From Candidatus Udaeobacter sp. (GTDB lineage Bacteria; Patescibacteriota; Patescibacteriia; Magasanikbacterales; GWA2-37-8): a stretch of DNA of 64,000 bases. The position numbers were made by a program, and so were the translations under genes. The notes under the pieces are model-generated. The model searched no databases, was not told the origin of the DNA, and worked only from the letters and a program-made list of their open reading frames with translations. This document shows, one piece after another, positions 50,194-59,171 of this stretch (position 1 is the stretch's first letter; each line of letters opens with the position of its first letter). The stretch lies in NCBI GenBank assembly GCA_035473115.1, contig DATION010000005.1:4399-68398 (forward strand), in the 5' to 3' direction.

Positions 50194-50412
50194 ATGTCCG
50201 CAAATTTTTTTAATATCATTCAATTTATTTTAGCCGCTTTACTGGTAACAGTAATTCTTTTGCAGCAAAAAGGCACCGGCCTGAGCGGAGTTTTTGGCGG
50301 TTCCAGCAATATCTACAGCACCAAACGCGGTGTAGATAAAATTTTGTATTTTTCCACGATTATAATCTCTATAGTATTTTTTAGTCTTTCTTTACTTAGA
50401 CTGGCCTTCTAA
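50194..50412 (+). CDS. secG: Preprotein translocase subunit SecG
   Basis: Two TM helices and a conserved LLQQKGTGLSGVFGG loop. Confidence 0.8.
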   Translation: MSANFFNIIQFILAALLVTVILLQQKGTGLSGVFGGSSNIYSTKRGVDKILYFSTIIISIVFFSLSLLRLAF

Positions 50413-50485
50413 AAAAGCCAGCTCTTCGTCGTTTTAACTCTCGGGAATAAATCCCAGATAACAGTTGTAAATAAAAAAGCCTTCT

Positions 50486-52459
50486 ATGCCATGGTCCAAA
50501 CTATTTTTTTGGATTAAAAAAAAACAAGGTTATCGGAGTGCCGCTCTGCCCTCTACTAATTTTGATCGAAAATTATTAAAAAAAATCCGCCTAAGTTCCA
50601 TTCCCAGCTGGTCGCAATTTAAATACCTGGGAAGTTTTCTGACAAAAACTGAAAAAATCGCTCTAAACACGGCGCTGGCAATTTTTTTCTTAGGAGCCAT
50701 CGGTTGGGGAATTGTCTGGTTTATCCAAAATAACACCATAATCCCAGCCAGCGGCGGAGATTACAGTGAAGCTCTGATTGGCCAACCCAAATATATCAAT
50801 CCACTTTTTGCTTCTGCCAATGATGTAGATGCTGATTTAACTTCTTTAATGTATTCCGGATTATTTAAATACGATGATCAGCAAAAATTAATCACCGACT
50901 TAGCCGACAACTATTCAGTCAGCCAAGATGGAAAAACCTACGATGTGAATTTACGCACCAACCTAAAATGGTCAGATGGCGAACCGCTCAATGCTGATGA
51001 TGTAATCTATACTTTTGAATCAATCCAAGACCCGGAAGTAGGCAGTCCACTACTAACGACTTTTCAAAGCGTGCAGATAGAGCGCACCGGTGATTATTCG
51101 ATTCGTTTTACTCTAAAAGAACCATTCGCTCCGTTTTTAAACAGTCTTACAGTTGGAATTTTACCGCAGCATACTTGGTCTAATGTTCCCCCATCGGCTA
51201 TCAAACTAGCCAAAACAAACTTGCAGCCTGTTGGTTCAGGTCCGTGGAAATTTAGCAAATTAGCCAAAGATTCCGCCGGCGGCATTCAAAGCTATACTCT
51301 TGATCTAAATAAAAATTACTACAAAAACAGCCCTTACTTGCAAACTTTAACTTTTAAATTTTATACAGATTATACCGCAGCAGCCAGCGCTCTAAAAAGC
51401 CAAGACATAATGGCCGCCAGCTTTTTATCAAATGACTCGGCAAAAAAAATCGCCGGTAAAAATTTTCAGCTATACAAATTCACTCTGCCCCAATATACAG
51501 CTATATTTTTTAACCAAGATGCAGCTCCAGTCTTAAAAGATAACTCCATGCGCTTGGCTTTGAATTTAGCCATTAATAAACAAGATGTTTTAACCAAAGG
51601 ACTTAACAGTGAAGGTGAAATAATAAATTCTCCAATTCTAAAAAATGAAATCGGTTATAACTCTTCAATCGCCTTTCCGGAATTTAATATAGAAAAAGCA
51701 AATGAAATTTTAGAAAAAAACTGGAAAAAAATTCAACCGGAAGATTTCTTTAAGATCGAATATGATGCGGCTCTAAAAAATAAACAGGCCGAACTTGATG
51801 CTTTGGCAAAAAACTCTGCCTCCTCAACTGAGGCCACTACCACTCCGCCAGATATGGAAAAAATTACCAAAGAAATCAGTGATACTGTCCGCCAAGAAAT
51901 GGACCCGGACCAAAGTTTCTACAGAAAAAATAGCAGTAACGAAATCTTAGCAATTACCCTAACTACCGCTGACACTCCGGAATACCAACAAGTCGCTCAA
52001 ACTATCGCCAAAATGTGGCGCGCTGTGGGCGTAAAAACAAAAATTGAAGCGATTGATACCAACCAGATATCTCGAGAAGCTTTGCGAAACAGAGACTATC
52101 AAGCTTTGCTTTATGGAGAAATTGTGGGTAATGACCCAGATCCATATCCATTTTGGCATTCTTCGCAAATCAATTATCCGGGATTAAACCTGTCTTTGTT
52201 CCTAGACAGAAGCGCTGACAAAATCTTAGAAGATGCTCGCGCTCTAACCAATGAACAGATCCGAGCTGATCTATACGAAAAATTCCAACAAATTTTAGCC
52301 AAAGAGGTTCCAGCCGTATTCCTTTACACACCAACTTATAATTTCCTAGCCAACAAACAGATCAAAGGTATAACTTTCCAACAAATATTTTCTCCGGCTG
52401 ACCGATTTAATAATTTAAATAACTGGTATATCAAAACAAAACGTCAGTGGAAAAAATAA
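50486..52459 (+). CDS. ABC transporter substrate-binding protein, family 5 (oligopeptide/dipeptide/nickel type), membrane anchored
   Basis: SBP_bac_5-like motifs (LVGQPKYINPL, KWSDGEPLNADDVIYTFE, LPQHTW). Confidence 0.75.
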   Translation: MPWSKLFFWIKKKQGYRSAALPSTNFDRKLLKKIRLSSIPSWSQFKYLGSFLTKTEKIALNTALAIFFLGAIGWGIVWFIQNNTIIPASGGDYSEALIGQPKYINPLFASANDVDADLTSLMYSGLFKYDDQQKLITDLADNYSVSQDGKTYDVNLRTNLKWSDGEPLNADDVIYTFESIQDPEVGSPLLTTFQSVQIERTGDYSIRFTLKEPFAPFLNSLTVGILPQHTWSNVPPSAIKLAKTNLQPVGSGPWKFSKLAKDSAGGIQSYTLDLNKNYYKNSPYLQTLTFKFYTDYTAAASALKSQDIMAASFLSNDSAKKIAGKNFQLYKFTLPQYTAIFFNQDAAPVLKDNSMRLALNLAINKQDVLTKGLNSEGEIINSPILKNEIGYNSSIAFPEFNIEKANEILEKNWKKIQPEDFFKIEYDAALKNKQAELDALAKNSASSTEATTTPPDMEKITKEISDTVRQEMDPDQSFYRKNSSNEILAITLTTADTPEYQQVAQTIAKMWRAVGVKTKIEAIDTNQISREALRNRDYQALLYGEIVGNDPDPYPFWHSSQINYPGLNLSLFLDRSADKILEDARALTNEQIRADLYEKFQQILAKEVPAVFLYTPTYNFLANKQIKGITFQQIFSPADRFNNLNNWYIKTKRQWKK

Positions 52460-52484
52460 TTTAGAACACTGCTAGAATAATTCA

Positions 52485-52566
52485 GGGCGAGTGGCGGAAC
52501 TGGTATACGCGTACGTCTCAGAAGCGTATGGAGCAATCCTTGAGGGTTCGAGTCCCTCCTCGCCCA
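52485..52566 (+). tRNA. tRNA-Leu (anticodon CAG), long variable arm
   Basis: Acceptor GGGCGAG/CTCGCCC, anticodon stem TACGT/GCGTA with loop CTCAGAA, long variable arm, T arm GAGGG-TTCGAGT-CCCTC. Confidence 0.8.
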
Positions 52567-52625
52567 CAAGAGCAGTACAAATTTCTTCTCTTAATTTAAA
52601 ATTTAAACCTCTTAATTAATAAAAT

Positions 52626-54509
52626 ATGACAAAAGATCAGACCACCACGCAGAACTCGACCCCGCTAAGACCGCCTACTAACGGTCTTTCCAGATACCCG
52701 CAAAGACAACGGCGAGTATTTCATACCGGCAGAACTCAAGCTAGTTCCACCGGACAAATTAAACCGCAAACAAAAATGTTTGAGGCTTCTTCAGCAAATT
52801 TAAAAAATGAGACTTTGCATCAAGCGCAAACTTCCCTGCCTGATAGCGGCAAAAAACTGCGAGTGGCTGTTATCGGCGGTCTGGAAGAAATCGGCCGCAA
52901 CTGTACAATGTTTGAATACGGCGATGATATCATTCTCGTTGATTTAGGATTACAGTTTCCGGAAGAAGATATGCCTGGAATCGATTATATCATTCCCAAC
53001 ATGGGCTATCTTAAAGGCAAAGAAAAAAATGTTCGCGGCGTAGTTATCACTCACGCCCATTACGATCATATCGGCGGCATTCCTCATCTTATTCCCATGC
53101 TTGGCTATCCGCCAATTTACGGTTTGCCGCTAACTAACGCTATCATCAAAAAACGCCAGGAAGATTATAAAGGCTTGCGACCTTTAAGCTTGCATAATGT
53201 TGGCTTAAACGACAAATTAAGTTTGGGCGCTTTTCAGTTAGAATTTTTCCACTTGAATCACAATATCCCAGATTCAATGGGTGTGGTCATTAAAACTCCG
53301 GAAGGAACAATTATCCATACCGGCGACTGGAAATTTGATTATCAGCCAACTGGCGAGCAGCCAGCTGACTTGCAAAAAATTGCCAAGATCGGCAGTGAAG
53401 GCGTGCTGGCATTATTATCCGACAGTACCAACGCTTCTCAGCCCGGTCACCAAATCTCTGAATCAGAAATCGGCATGAACTTGGAAGATATTATCACTAA
53501 ATCTCCCGGCCGAATTATTATCGGTACATTTGCCTCTTTACTTACTCGTATCAAACAAATCATTGAAGCTTCCGAAAAACATGGCAAAGTGGTAGCGCTC
53601 GGCGGTTTTAGTATAAAAACCAACGTAGAAATCGCCAAAGAACTGGGATACATGAAATTTAACCCAAAAACTTTGGTGGATATGCGTCAATTGGAAAATT
53701 ATCCGCATAACAAAGTGGTAGTCATTTGTACGGGCGCTCAGGGAGAAAAAAACGCTTCTTTAATGCGCATTGCCAACGGCGAACACCGAGAAATAAAACT
53801 TATTCCCGGCGATACGGTAGTGTTTTCATCTTCAGTTATCCCCGGCAATGAGCGTATGGTGCAGCGCCTCAAAGACACCATTTTCCGCAAAGGCGCTGAA
53901 GTTATTCATCACCAAATGATGGATGTGCATGCCGGCGGACACGCTAAAATGGAAGATGTAAAATTAATGATTCGTCTGCTTGCTCCAAAATACTTTGTAC
54001 CAATTCACGGCAATCATTTCCTTTTGCGCTACAACGGCAAAATTGCCGAAGCTATGGGTTATTCAAAAGATAAAATTTTCATCGCTGATAATGGCCAGGT
54101 AATGGAATTTAAGCAAGGTGAGGGCGTGCTGACAAAAAATAAAATCCAGTCCGACCATGTGTTTGTTGACGGTCTGGGCGTAAGTGATGAAACTAATATT
54201 GTTTTACGCGACCGCCAAGTACTGGCCGAAGATGGCATGGTGGTAATCATTGCCACTGTAGATAGCAAGACTGGCAAGCTAATCCAAAATCCCGATATTA
54301 TTTCCCGTGGCTTTGTATTCTTAAAAGAACATAAAGAATTAATCGAAGACTTGCGCCATAGAGTGAAGAAAACGGTCAGCGATTCGGATCCGTTATCTTG
54401 GGCTGATACCAATAATATAAAAAATAAACTGCGAGATTATGTTGGCCAGTTCCTGTTTACCAAAACTGAAAAACGGCCGATGATTTTGCCGGTGATTATA
54501 GAAGTATAA
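52626..54509 (+). CDS. rnj: Ribonuclease J (metallo-beta-lactamase / beta-CASP)
   Basis: HAHYDHIGG motif, beta-CASP and C-terminal domains. The ~70-aa low-complexity N-terminal extension may reflect a later true start. Confidence 0.85.
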   Translation: MTKDQTTTQNSTPLRPPTNGLSRYPQRQRRVFHTGRTQASSTGQIKPQTKMFEASSANLKNETLHQAQTSLPDSGKKLRVAVIGGLEEIGRNCTMFEYGDDIILVDLGLQFPEEDMPGIDYIIPNMGYLKGKEKNVRGVVITHAHYDHIGGIPHLIPMLGYPPIYGLPLTNAIIKKRQEDYKGLRPLSLHNVGLNDKLSLGAFQLEFFHLNHNIPDSMGVVIKTPEGTIIHTGDWKFDYQPTGEQPADLQKIAKIGSEGVLALLSDSTNASQPGHQISESEIGMNLEDIITKSPGRIIIGTFASLLTRIKQIIEASEKHGKVVALGGFSIKTNVEIAKELGYMKFNPKTLVDMRQLENYPHNKVVVICTGAQGEKNASLMRIANGEHREIKLIPGDTVVFSSSVIPGNERMVQRLKDTIFRKGAEVIHHQMMDVHAGGHAKMEDVKLMIRLLAPKYFVPIHGNHFLLRYNGKIAEAMGYSKDKIFIADNGQVMEFKQGEGVLTKNKIQSDHVFVDGLGVSDETNIVLRDRQVLAEDGMVVIIATVDSKTGKLIQNPDIISRGFVFLKEHKELIEDLRHRVKKTVSDSDPLSWADTNNIKNKLRDYVGQFLFTKTEKRPMILPVIIEV

Positions 54510-54523
54510 AAATATACTAAATA

Positions 54524-54556
54524 AAAAATCCTCTTTAAATCAGAGGATTTTTTATT
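54524..54556 (+). terminator. rnj rho-independent terminator (AATCCTCT...AGAGGATT plus a T-run)
   Basis: Seen in the sequence. Confidence 0.65.
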
Positions 54557-54576
54557 TTTCATAATTAAGTTTACCT

Positions 54577-55019
54577 GTCCTTTTCTTTTAAAAGAAAAGG
54601 ACCTAAAGAAACTGCGAGCGGCGGAATTACTCAGAGCCAGACAGGACTCGTTCTCGCTGCTCTCGTGAACTCGCTCGACCGTTTCCAACGGTCGGCTCAA
54701 ACAGCACGAGAGCTCTTTTAAAGACCGCTCCAACTCATCTCTGTCTGCTAACTTCATAATTCCAATGCTCGCCCGAACCGTCCATTGTCCGTTGTCCGTC
54801 GTTCGATCCGAGCATATGGACTTTGGCCGAACTGGCCACGGTGATGGTGAACGGTCCCTTTCGCTTGACGAAAGGGATTTGTCCTGCTGTTTGAGACCAC
54901 CTGTTATAGACAGGTGGTTGAGTTCAGGACAAAAGAGAGACAGAACAGTTGGCAGTTCGAGACAAAGGACATCCGCTCGGCGAGTTTTTCTTACGCTTTT
55001 TGCTCGGTCAAAAAGCGTA
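54577..55019. ncRNA. Candidate large structured noncoding RNA of unknown class (GC-rich block of consecutive strong hairpins); strand undetermined
   Basis: Local GC is clearly above the surrounding AT-rich sequence (by eye). Perfect stems include GTCCTTTTCTTTT/AAAAGAAAAGGAC, GCTCTCGTG...CACGAGAGC enclosing CGACCG/CGGTCG, GCTCG-CGAAC...GTTCG-CGAGC, CCCTTTCG/CGAAAGGG, GTCCTG[ACCACCTGT/ACAGGTGGT]CAGGAC and TACGCTTTTTG/CAAAAAGCGTA. No credible ORF on either strand. Confidence 0.45.
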
Positions 55020-55033
55020 GAGGGGTTGGTGTT

Positions 55034-55062
55034 TTGCGTATAAACCATAAAAAAGCTATAAT
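55034..55062 (+). promoter_or_regulatory. Sigma70-type promoter (TTGCGT, 17-nt spacer, TATAAT) for the dehydrogenase gene
   Basis: Seen in the sequence. Confidence 0.55.
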
Positions 55063-55080
55063 ACATTTAAATTAAAATAT

Positions 55081-56097
55081 ATGCCCTCAAAACTCAAAGT
55101 TTCCTTCTACGGCATCTGGCCGGAAATGAAAGAGTATATCAGCGCTAAAATGTCTAAATTCGATACAGCCATTTTTAGCGAAAAAATTAATGAAAAAAAT
55201 TTAGATCCTAAAACCGAAGTTTTAGCTGTTTTTATCGAAACTCAGATCAATAAAAAAATAACAGATAAACTGCCTAATCTTAAAATGATAGCCACCATGA
55301 GCACTGGCTTTGACCACATTGATCTGGCTGCGGCAAAGAAACAAAACATACCTGTCTGCAATGTACCCGCTTACGGAGAAAATACGGTAGCCGAACATGC
55401 CATGGCCTTAATTTTAGGCCTAACTCGTAAACTTTTTCCTTCTGTAAAAAGAGTCAAAGAAGGCACTTATGACTTCCAAGGACTGCGCGGTATAGATTTA
55501 AAAGATAAAACTTTAGGTGTAATTGGCACAGGACATATCGGGGCTCATCTAATAAAAATGGCCAAAGGTTTTGAATTAAATATACTGGCTTTTGACGCTT
55601 TTCCTAATAAAAAACTAGAAAAAGAACTGGGATTTAAATATGTTTCTCTACCTGAACTTTTAGCCAAGTCAGATATTATTTCTTTGCATACACCGCTTTT
55701 ACCCACAACTTATCATTTAATAAACAAAAAAAATATTAAAGAAACCAAAAATGGAGCCTACATAATAAATACGGCTCGCGGCGGTCTGATTGATCCCGAA
55801 GCTCTAGTCTGGGGCTTGCAAAGTAATCATTTAGCTGGCGTTGGGCTGGATGTTTTGGAAGATGAAAATTTAATTCAGAATCATGAACAGGTGATTTCTT
55901 GTGAAGACTGTAAAATTAAAACTACTCTCTTAAACAAAATCATTATTGCCCATCCTAACGCCATTGTGACTCCGCATAATGCTTTCAATAGCACCGAAGC
56001 CATTCAACGAATTATTGATGTGACGATAGATAACATAAAATCTTTTGCTGAGGGCAAAACCAAAAATGATGTTACCGTTGCAAAGAACAAAAAATAA
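55081..56097 (+). CDS. D-isomer-specific 2-hydroxyacid dehydrogenase (D-lactate dehydrogenase-like)
   Basis: NAD-binding GVIGTGHIGAHLIKMA, with catalytic-domain / NAD-binding-domain architecture. Confidence 0.78.
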   Translation: MPSKLKVSFYGIWPEMKEYISAKMSKFDTAIFSEKINEKNLDPKTEVLAVFIETQINKKITDKLPNLKMIATMSTGFDHIDLAAAKKQNIPVCNVPAYGENTVAEHAMALILGLTRKLFPSVKRVKEGTYDFQGLRGIDLKDKTLGVIGTGHIGAHLIKMAKGFELNILAFDAFPNKKLEKELGFKYVSLPELLAKSDIISLHTPLLPTTYHLINKKNIKETKNGAYIINTARGGLIDPEALVWGLQSNHLAGVGLDVLEDENLIQNHEQVISCEDCKIKTTLLNKIIIAHPNAIVTPHNAFNSTEAIQRIIDVTIDNIKSFAEGKTKNDVTVAKNKK

Positions 56098-56105
56098 TCT
56101 TAAAA

Positions 56106-56137
56106 AAACACTCCGCAATTACGGAGTGTTTTTTTAT
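56106..56137. terminator. Bidirectional terminator (A7-ACACTCCG-CAATTA-CGGAGTGT-T7) shared by the dehydrogenase gene and the minus-strand rnpB
   Basis: Seen in the sequence. Confidence 0.7.
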
Positions 56138-56510
56138 AGCATAAGCCGAATTTTGTTCCCAATTTTAATCGGGAGATGATCATTTCTCTGGGTTTGGCGT
56201 TGCCACCAACCTCAAGCGAGCGAACTTTTTACCACGCCCTTCGCGAAGGACGTGGCTCTGCTCTTGCGTTCAAGTAAGGATTTAGACGTTTCACCTTTCG
56301 ACTTATTACCTCCATCGAAAGTTAAGCAATATTTTTGATTTCCCAAAAATTTGAGGTTTGCTTTCTCTTTCTTTTCAAAAAGAGACGTTTCTGTTCGCAC
56401 CTCGAGCCTTGCGGCCGACGGGGGTTACCCGCTACCTTTCTCCTTAGTTTTCACCAAGGGAACGTTCGGACTTTCCTCCCTACCAAGTGACAGGGCGATC
56501 ATCGCTATAC
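56136..56510 (-). ncRNA. rnpB: RNase P RNA
   Basis: The minus-strand reading contains GGGAGGAAAGUCCGAAC (P4/CR-I, compare E. coli GGAGGAAAGUCCGGGC), GGAGAAAGGUAGCGGGUAACC (compare GGUGAAAGGGUGCGGUAAGAGC), and a 3'-terminal ACAAAAUUCGGCUUAUGCUAU (compare ACAGAACCCGGCUUAUCGG). P1 pairing AUAGC/GCUAU. ~375 nt, GC-rich. Confidence 0.7.
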
Positions 56511-56622
56511 GCCAATATATTAGCATGAATTAATGGTTTTGTCAATCTTATTTGTAGTCAAAAACTTGCTTGCTTAAAGGATAAAACTGCGGTAAAATAG
56601 GCTAAAATTAAAGACTTAGAAT

Positions 56623-58044
56623 ATGAAAAAACTGGAACTTGTTTTAGCTTTTATCCAGCTGCCTCTGGACTATATAATGATTACTCTAGCCGGAATAACC
56701 GCTTATACTTTACGTTTTACCGCCACCAGCCAAAATATCCGCCCGGTTTTATTTAATTTAGCTTGGGAAAAATACTGGCCTCTGGTTTTACTTACCGCCT
56801 TAGGCTGGATTATTATTTTTGCTTTGGCCGGACTCTACAATACTTATCCCAATCGCAAGCTGGCCAGTGATCTAACGCGGGTGATCTTTGCCTGTTCGAC
56901 CGGTTTTGCCGCTATTACTATTTACGTTTTTTTTACTCTGCAAAAATTTGATTCCCGTTTTTTAGTCCTGGCCAGCTGGATTTTAGCGATAATTTATGTT
57001 TCTATCGGACGAATTTTAATGAACGGCTTAAAAAAACTTTTATACCGAGCCGGTTTTGGTTTACGACAAACAGTTTTAATCGGCAAAAAAGCTATCTCTG
57101 AACAGATTAAAGAAGCTATCAATTTACGACCGGGTTTGGGTTATAAATTAGTTAGCATCTATGAGCACTTTGATGATCAGACAAGTTTATCTATTTTAAA
57201 AAATAATCCGGATGAGATAATCTTTACTGATCCGAAAGCCAATGAGTTCGAAGTTCTGCAAGCGATAGAATTTGCCAATGAACATCATATTATTTTTAAA
57301 TATTCAGCGGATCTATTTTCTACTATTTCTACCAATATGGCCGTCAGCACAATTGCCGGCATTCCAATTATCGAACTGCGCCTGACTCGCCTGACCGGCT
57401 GGAATAGAATTATCAAAAGATTTTTTGATGTGGTTGGCAGTTTATTTTTAATAATTTTATTTTTACCGCTGCTGGTTGCGATTTATTTAGCAATTATCAT
57501 TGAGACCGGCTTCCCGGTAATTTATAAAAATGAACGCGTCGGCCAAAACGATAGAAAATTTTTCACTTTAAAATTTCGCTCAATGTATAAAAAAGATAGC
57601 ACCGGCCCACAGTTCGGCCAGCAAGGCGAAGAAGCTTTGCGCCAAGAACAAGAACTCATTGCCACACAAAACAGCAAATCCGGCCCGATTTACAAAATAA
57701 AAAATGATCCCCGTATTACTCCGTTTGGCAAATTTATCAGACGCTGGAGCCTGGATGAACTGCCACAATTTTTTAATGTTTTAAAAGGTGAAATGAGCTT
57801 GGTTGGGCCGCGCCCGCATCAGCCGCGCGAAGTAAGCGGCTATGAACGCCGACACAAAATCATCCTGGCCATCAAACCCGGCATTACCGGTTTATCGCAA
57901 ATTTCCGGACGCAGTAATTTAAGCTTTGAAGAAGAGATGAACTTAGATACATTTTATATTGAAAACTGGAGTATATATATGGATTTAATTATTTTATTTA
58001 AAACTCCATTTATTGTTTTAACCAGAAAAGGTTCCATTATTTAG
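56623..58044 (+). CDS. Polyprenyl-phosphate sugar phosphotransferase (bacterial sugar transferase, WbaP/CpsE-like initiating enzyme)
   Basis: Five N-terminal TM helices and a C-terminal catalytic domain (LVGPRPHQPRE...KPGITGLSQISGRSNLSFEE). Confidence 0.85.
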   Translation: MKKLELVLAFIQLPLDYIMITLAGITAYTLRFTATSQNIRPVLFNLAWEKYWPLVLLTALGWIIIFALAGLYNTYPNRKLASDLTRVIFACSTGFAAITIYVFFTLQKFDSRFLVLASWILAIIYVSIGRILMNGLKKLLYRAGFGLRQTVLIGKKAISEQIKEAINLRPGLGYKLVSIYEHFDDQTSLSILKNNPDEIIFTDPKANEFEVLQAIEFANEHHIIFKYSADLFSTISTNMAVSTIAGIPIIELRLTRLTGWNRIIKRFFDVVGSLFLIILFLPLLVAIYLAIIIETGFPVIYKNERVGQNDRKFFTLKFRSMYKKDSTGPQFGQQGEEALRQEQELIATQNSKSGPIYKIKNDPRITPFGKFIRRWSLDELPQFFNVLKGEMSLVGPRPHQPREVSGYERRHKIILAIKPGITGLSQISGRSNLSFEEEMNLDTFYIENWSIYMDLIILFKTPFIVLTRKGSII

Positions 58045-58050
58045 AATAAT

Positions 58051-59169
58051 ATGCGCATTGCTTTGGTACATGATTATCTGGCGCAAGATGGTGGCGCCGA
58101 AAGAGTTTTAAAAACCATGCATGAAATATGGCCGGAAGCGCCAATTTTTGTTTTATTCCATGATAAAAATAAAATAAAATTTTTTGATGACAAAAATATT
58201 CAAGAATCTTTTTTAGCCAACCTGCCTTTTAGCAACTCGTTTTATCAATGGTATCTGCCCTGGATGCCGCTGGCTACCGAACAGCACAACTTAAAAGATT
58301 TTGACGTGGTAATTTCTACGGCTAGCATGTTTGCCAAAGGTGTAATTACCGGGCCAAACACACTGCATATTTCTTACTGCCATACACCGCCCCGCTTTTT
58401 GTGGGCCGACAACCACAACTACATTGCTGATTTAAAACAAAATAATTTCATTAAATTTATCTTGCCTCATTTTATTCATCGACTGCGAATTTGGGACAAA
58501 ATGAGCGTAGACCGAGTAGACCATTTCGTGGCCAATTCACGCACTGTTCAACAAAGAATCAATAAATATTACCGCCGTGAAAGCGAAGTGATTTATCCTC
58601 CGGTCGAACTTACCTCCTGCTCTTTGCAAAAAACCGGCGACTACTATGCCGCTGGCGGCAGACTGGTTGGCTACAAAAGGTTTGATTTGATTGTTAAAGC
58701 TTTTAACCGGCTAAAATGGCCGCTAAAAATTTTTGGCGACGGGCCGGAACTGAAAAAACTTAAAAAAATAGCCAAAGATAATATAGAATTTTTGGGACAA
58801 ATTTCTGATGAAGAAAAATACGGTATTCTGGCCGGCGCGCGCGCCTTTATCCATCCCCAACTGGAAGATTTTGGCATTACAGCCGTAGAGGCGATGGCTT
58901 GCGGCCGGCCGGTAATTGCTTTTTCTCAGGGCGGAGCTACCGAAACGGTTGTTAACAATGAAACCGGAGTATTTTTTCATGCGCAAACTTGGGAGTCTTT
59001 GCTGGACAAACTTTTGCATTTTAATTATGAAAATTGGGACAGCGGTAAAATCCGCGAACAGGCCGCCAAATTTGGCTCAATATACTTTAAAACCAACCTG
59101 CAAAAATATGTGGCCGACCGATACGAAGAATTCAGTAAAGGATTTAATCAGCAATCTCTAATCGGTTAA
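58051..59169 (+). CDS. Glycosyltransferase family 4
   Basis: EDFGITAVEAMACGRPVIAF (E-x7-E region). Confidence 0.8.
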   Translation: MRIALVHDYLAQDGGAERVLKTMHEIWPEAPIFVLFHDKNKIKFFDDKNIQESFLANLPFSNSFYQWYLPWMPLATEQHNLKDFDVVISTASMFAKGVITGPNTLHISYCHTPPRFLWADNHNYIADLKQNNFIKFILPHFIHRLRIWDKMSVDRVDHFVANSRTVQQRINKYYRRESEVIYPPVELTSCSLQKTGDYYAAGGRLVGYKRFDLIVKAFNRLKWPLKIFGDGPELKKLKKIAKDNIEFLGQISDEEKYGILAGARAFIHPQLEDFGITAVEAMACGRPVIAFSQGGATETVVNNETGVFFHAQTWESLLDKLLHFNYENWDSGKIREQAAKFGSIYFKTNLQKYVADRYEEFSKGFNQQSLIG

Positions 59170-59171
59170 TT

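Noticed and set aside
54577-55019. tmRNA (ssrA) as the identity of the GC-rich structured block
   Set aside because: I checked both strands. I found no tRNA-like 3' end (T-arm plus acceptor pairing with the 5' end), no GGGG...UUCGACGG 5' motif, and no plausible tag reading frame ending in a hydrophobic AA-stop. SRP RNA domain IV and RNase P P4 motifs are also absent from this block. RNase P is found instead at 56136-56510.
54437-55066. 209-aa minus-strand ORF (and the overlapping 92-aa plus-strand ORF 54765-55043) in the GC-rich block
   Set aside because: Both translations are low-complexity, rich in Ser, Arg and Cys, and overlap each other on opposite strands. The DNA is a run of perfect hairpins. 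I treat the region as noncoding structured RNA or repeats rather than a gene.
56212-56533. Short ORFs 56212-56400 (minus) and 56351-56533 (plus)
   Set aside because: They lie inside the RNase P RNA gene and are spurious.
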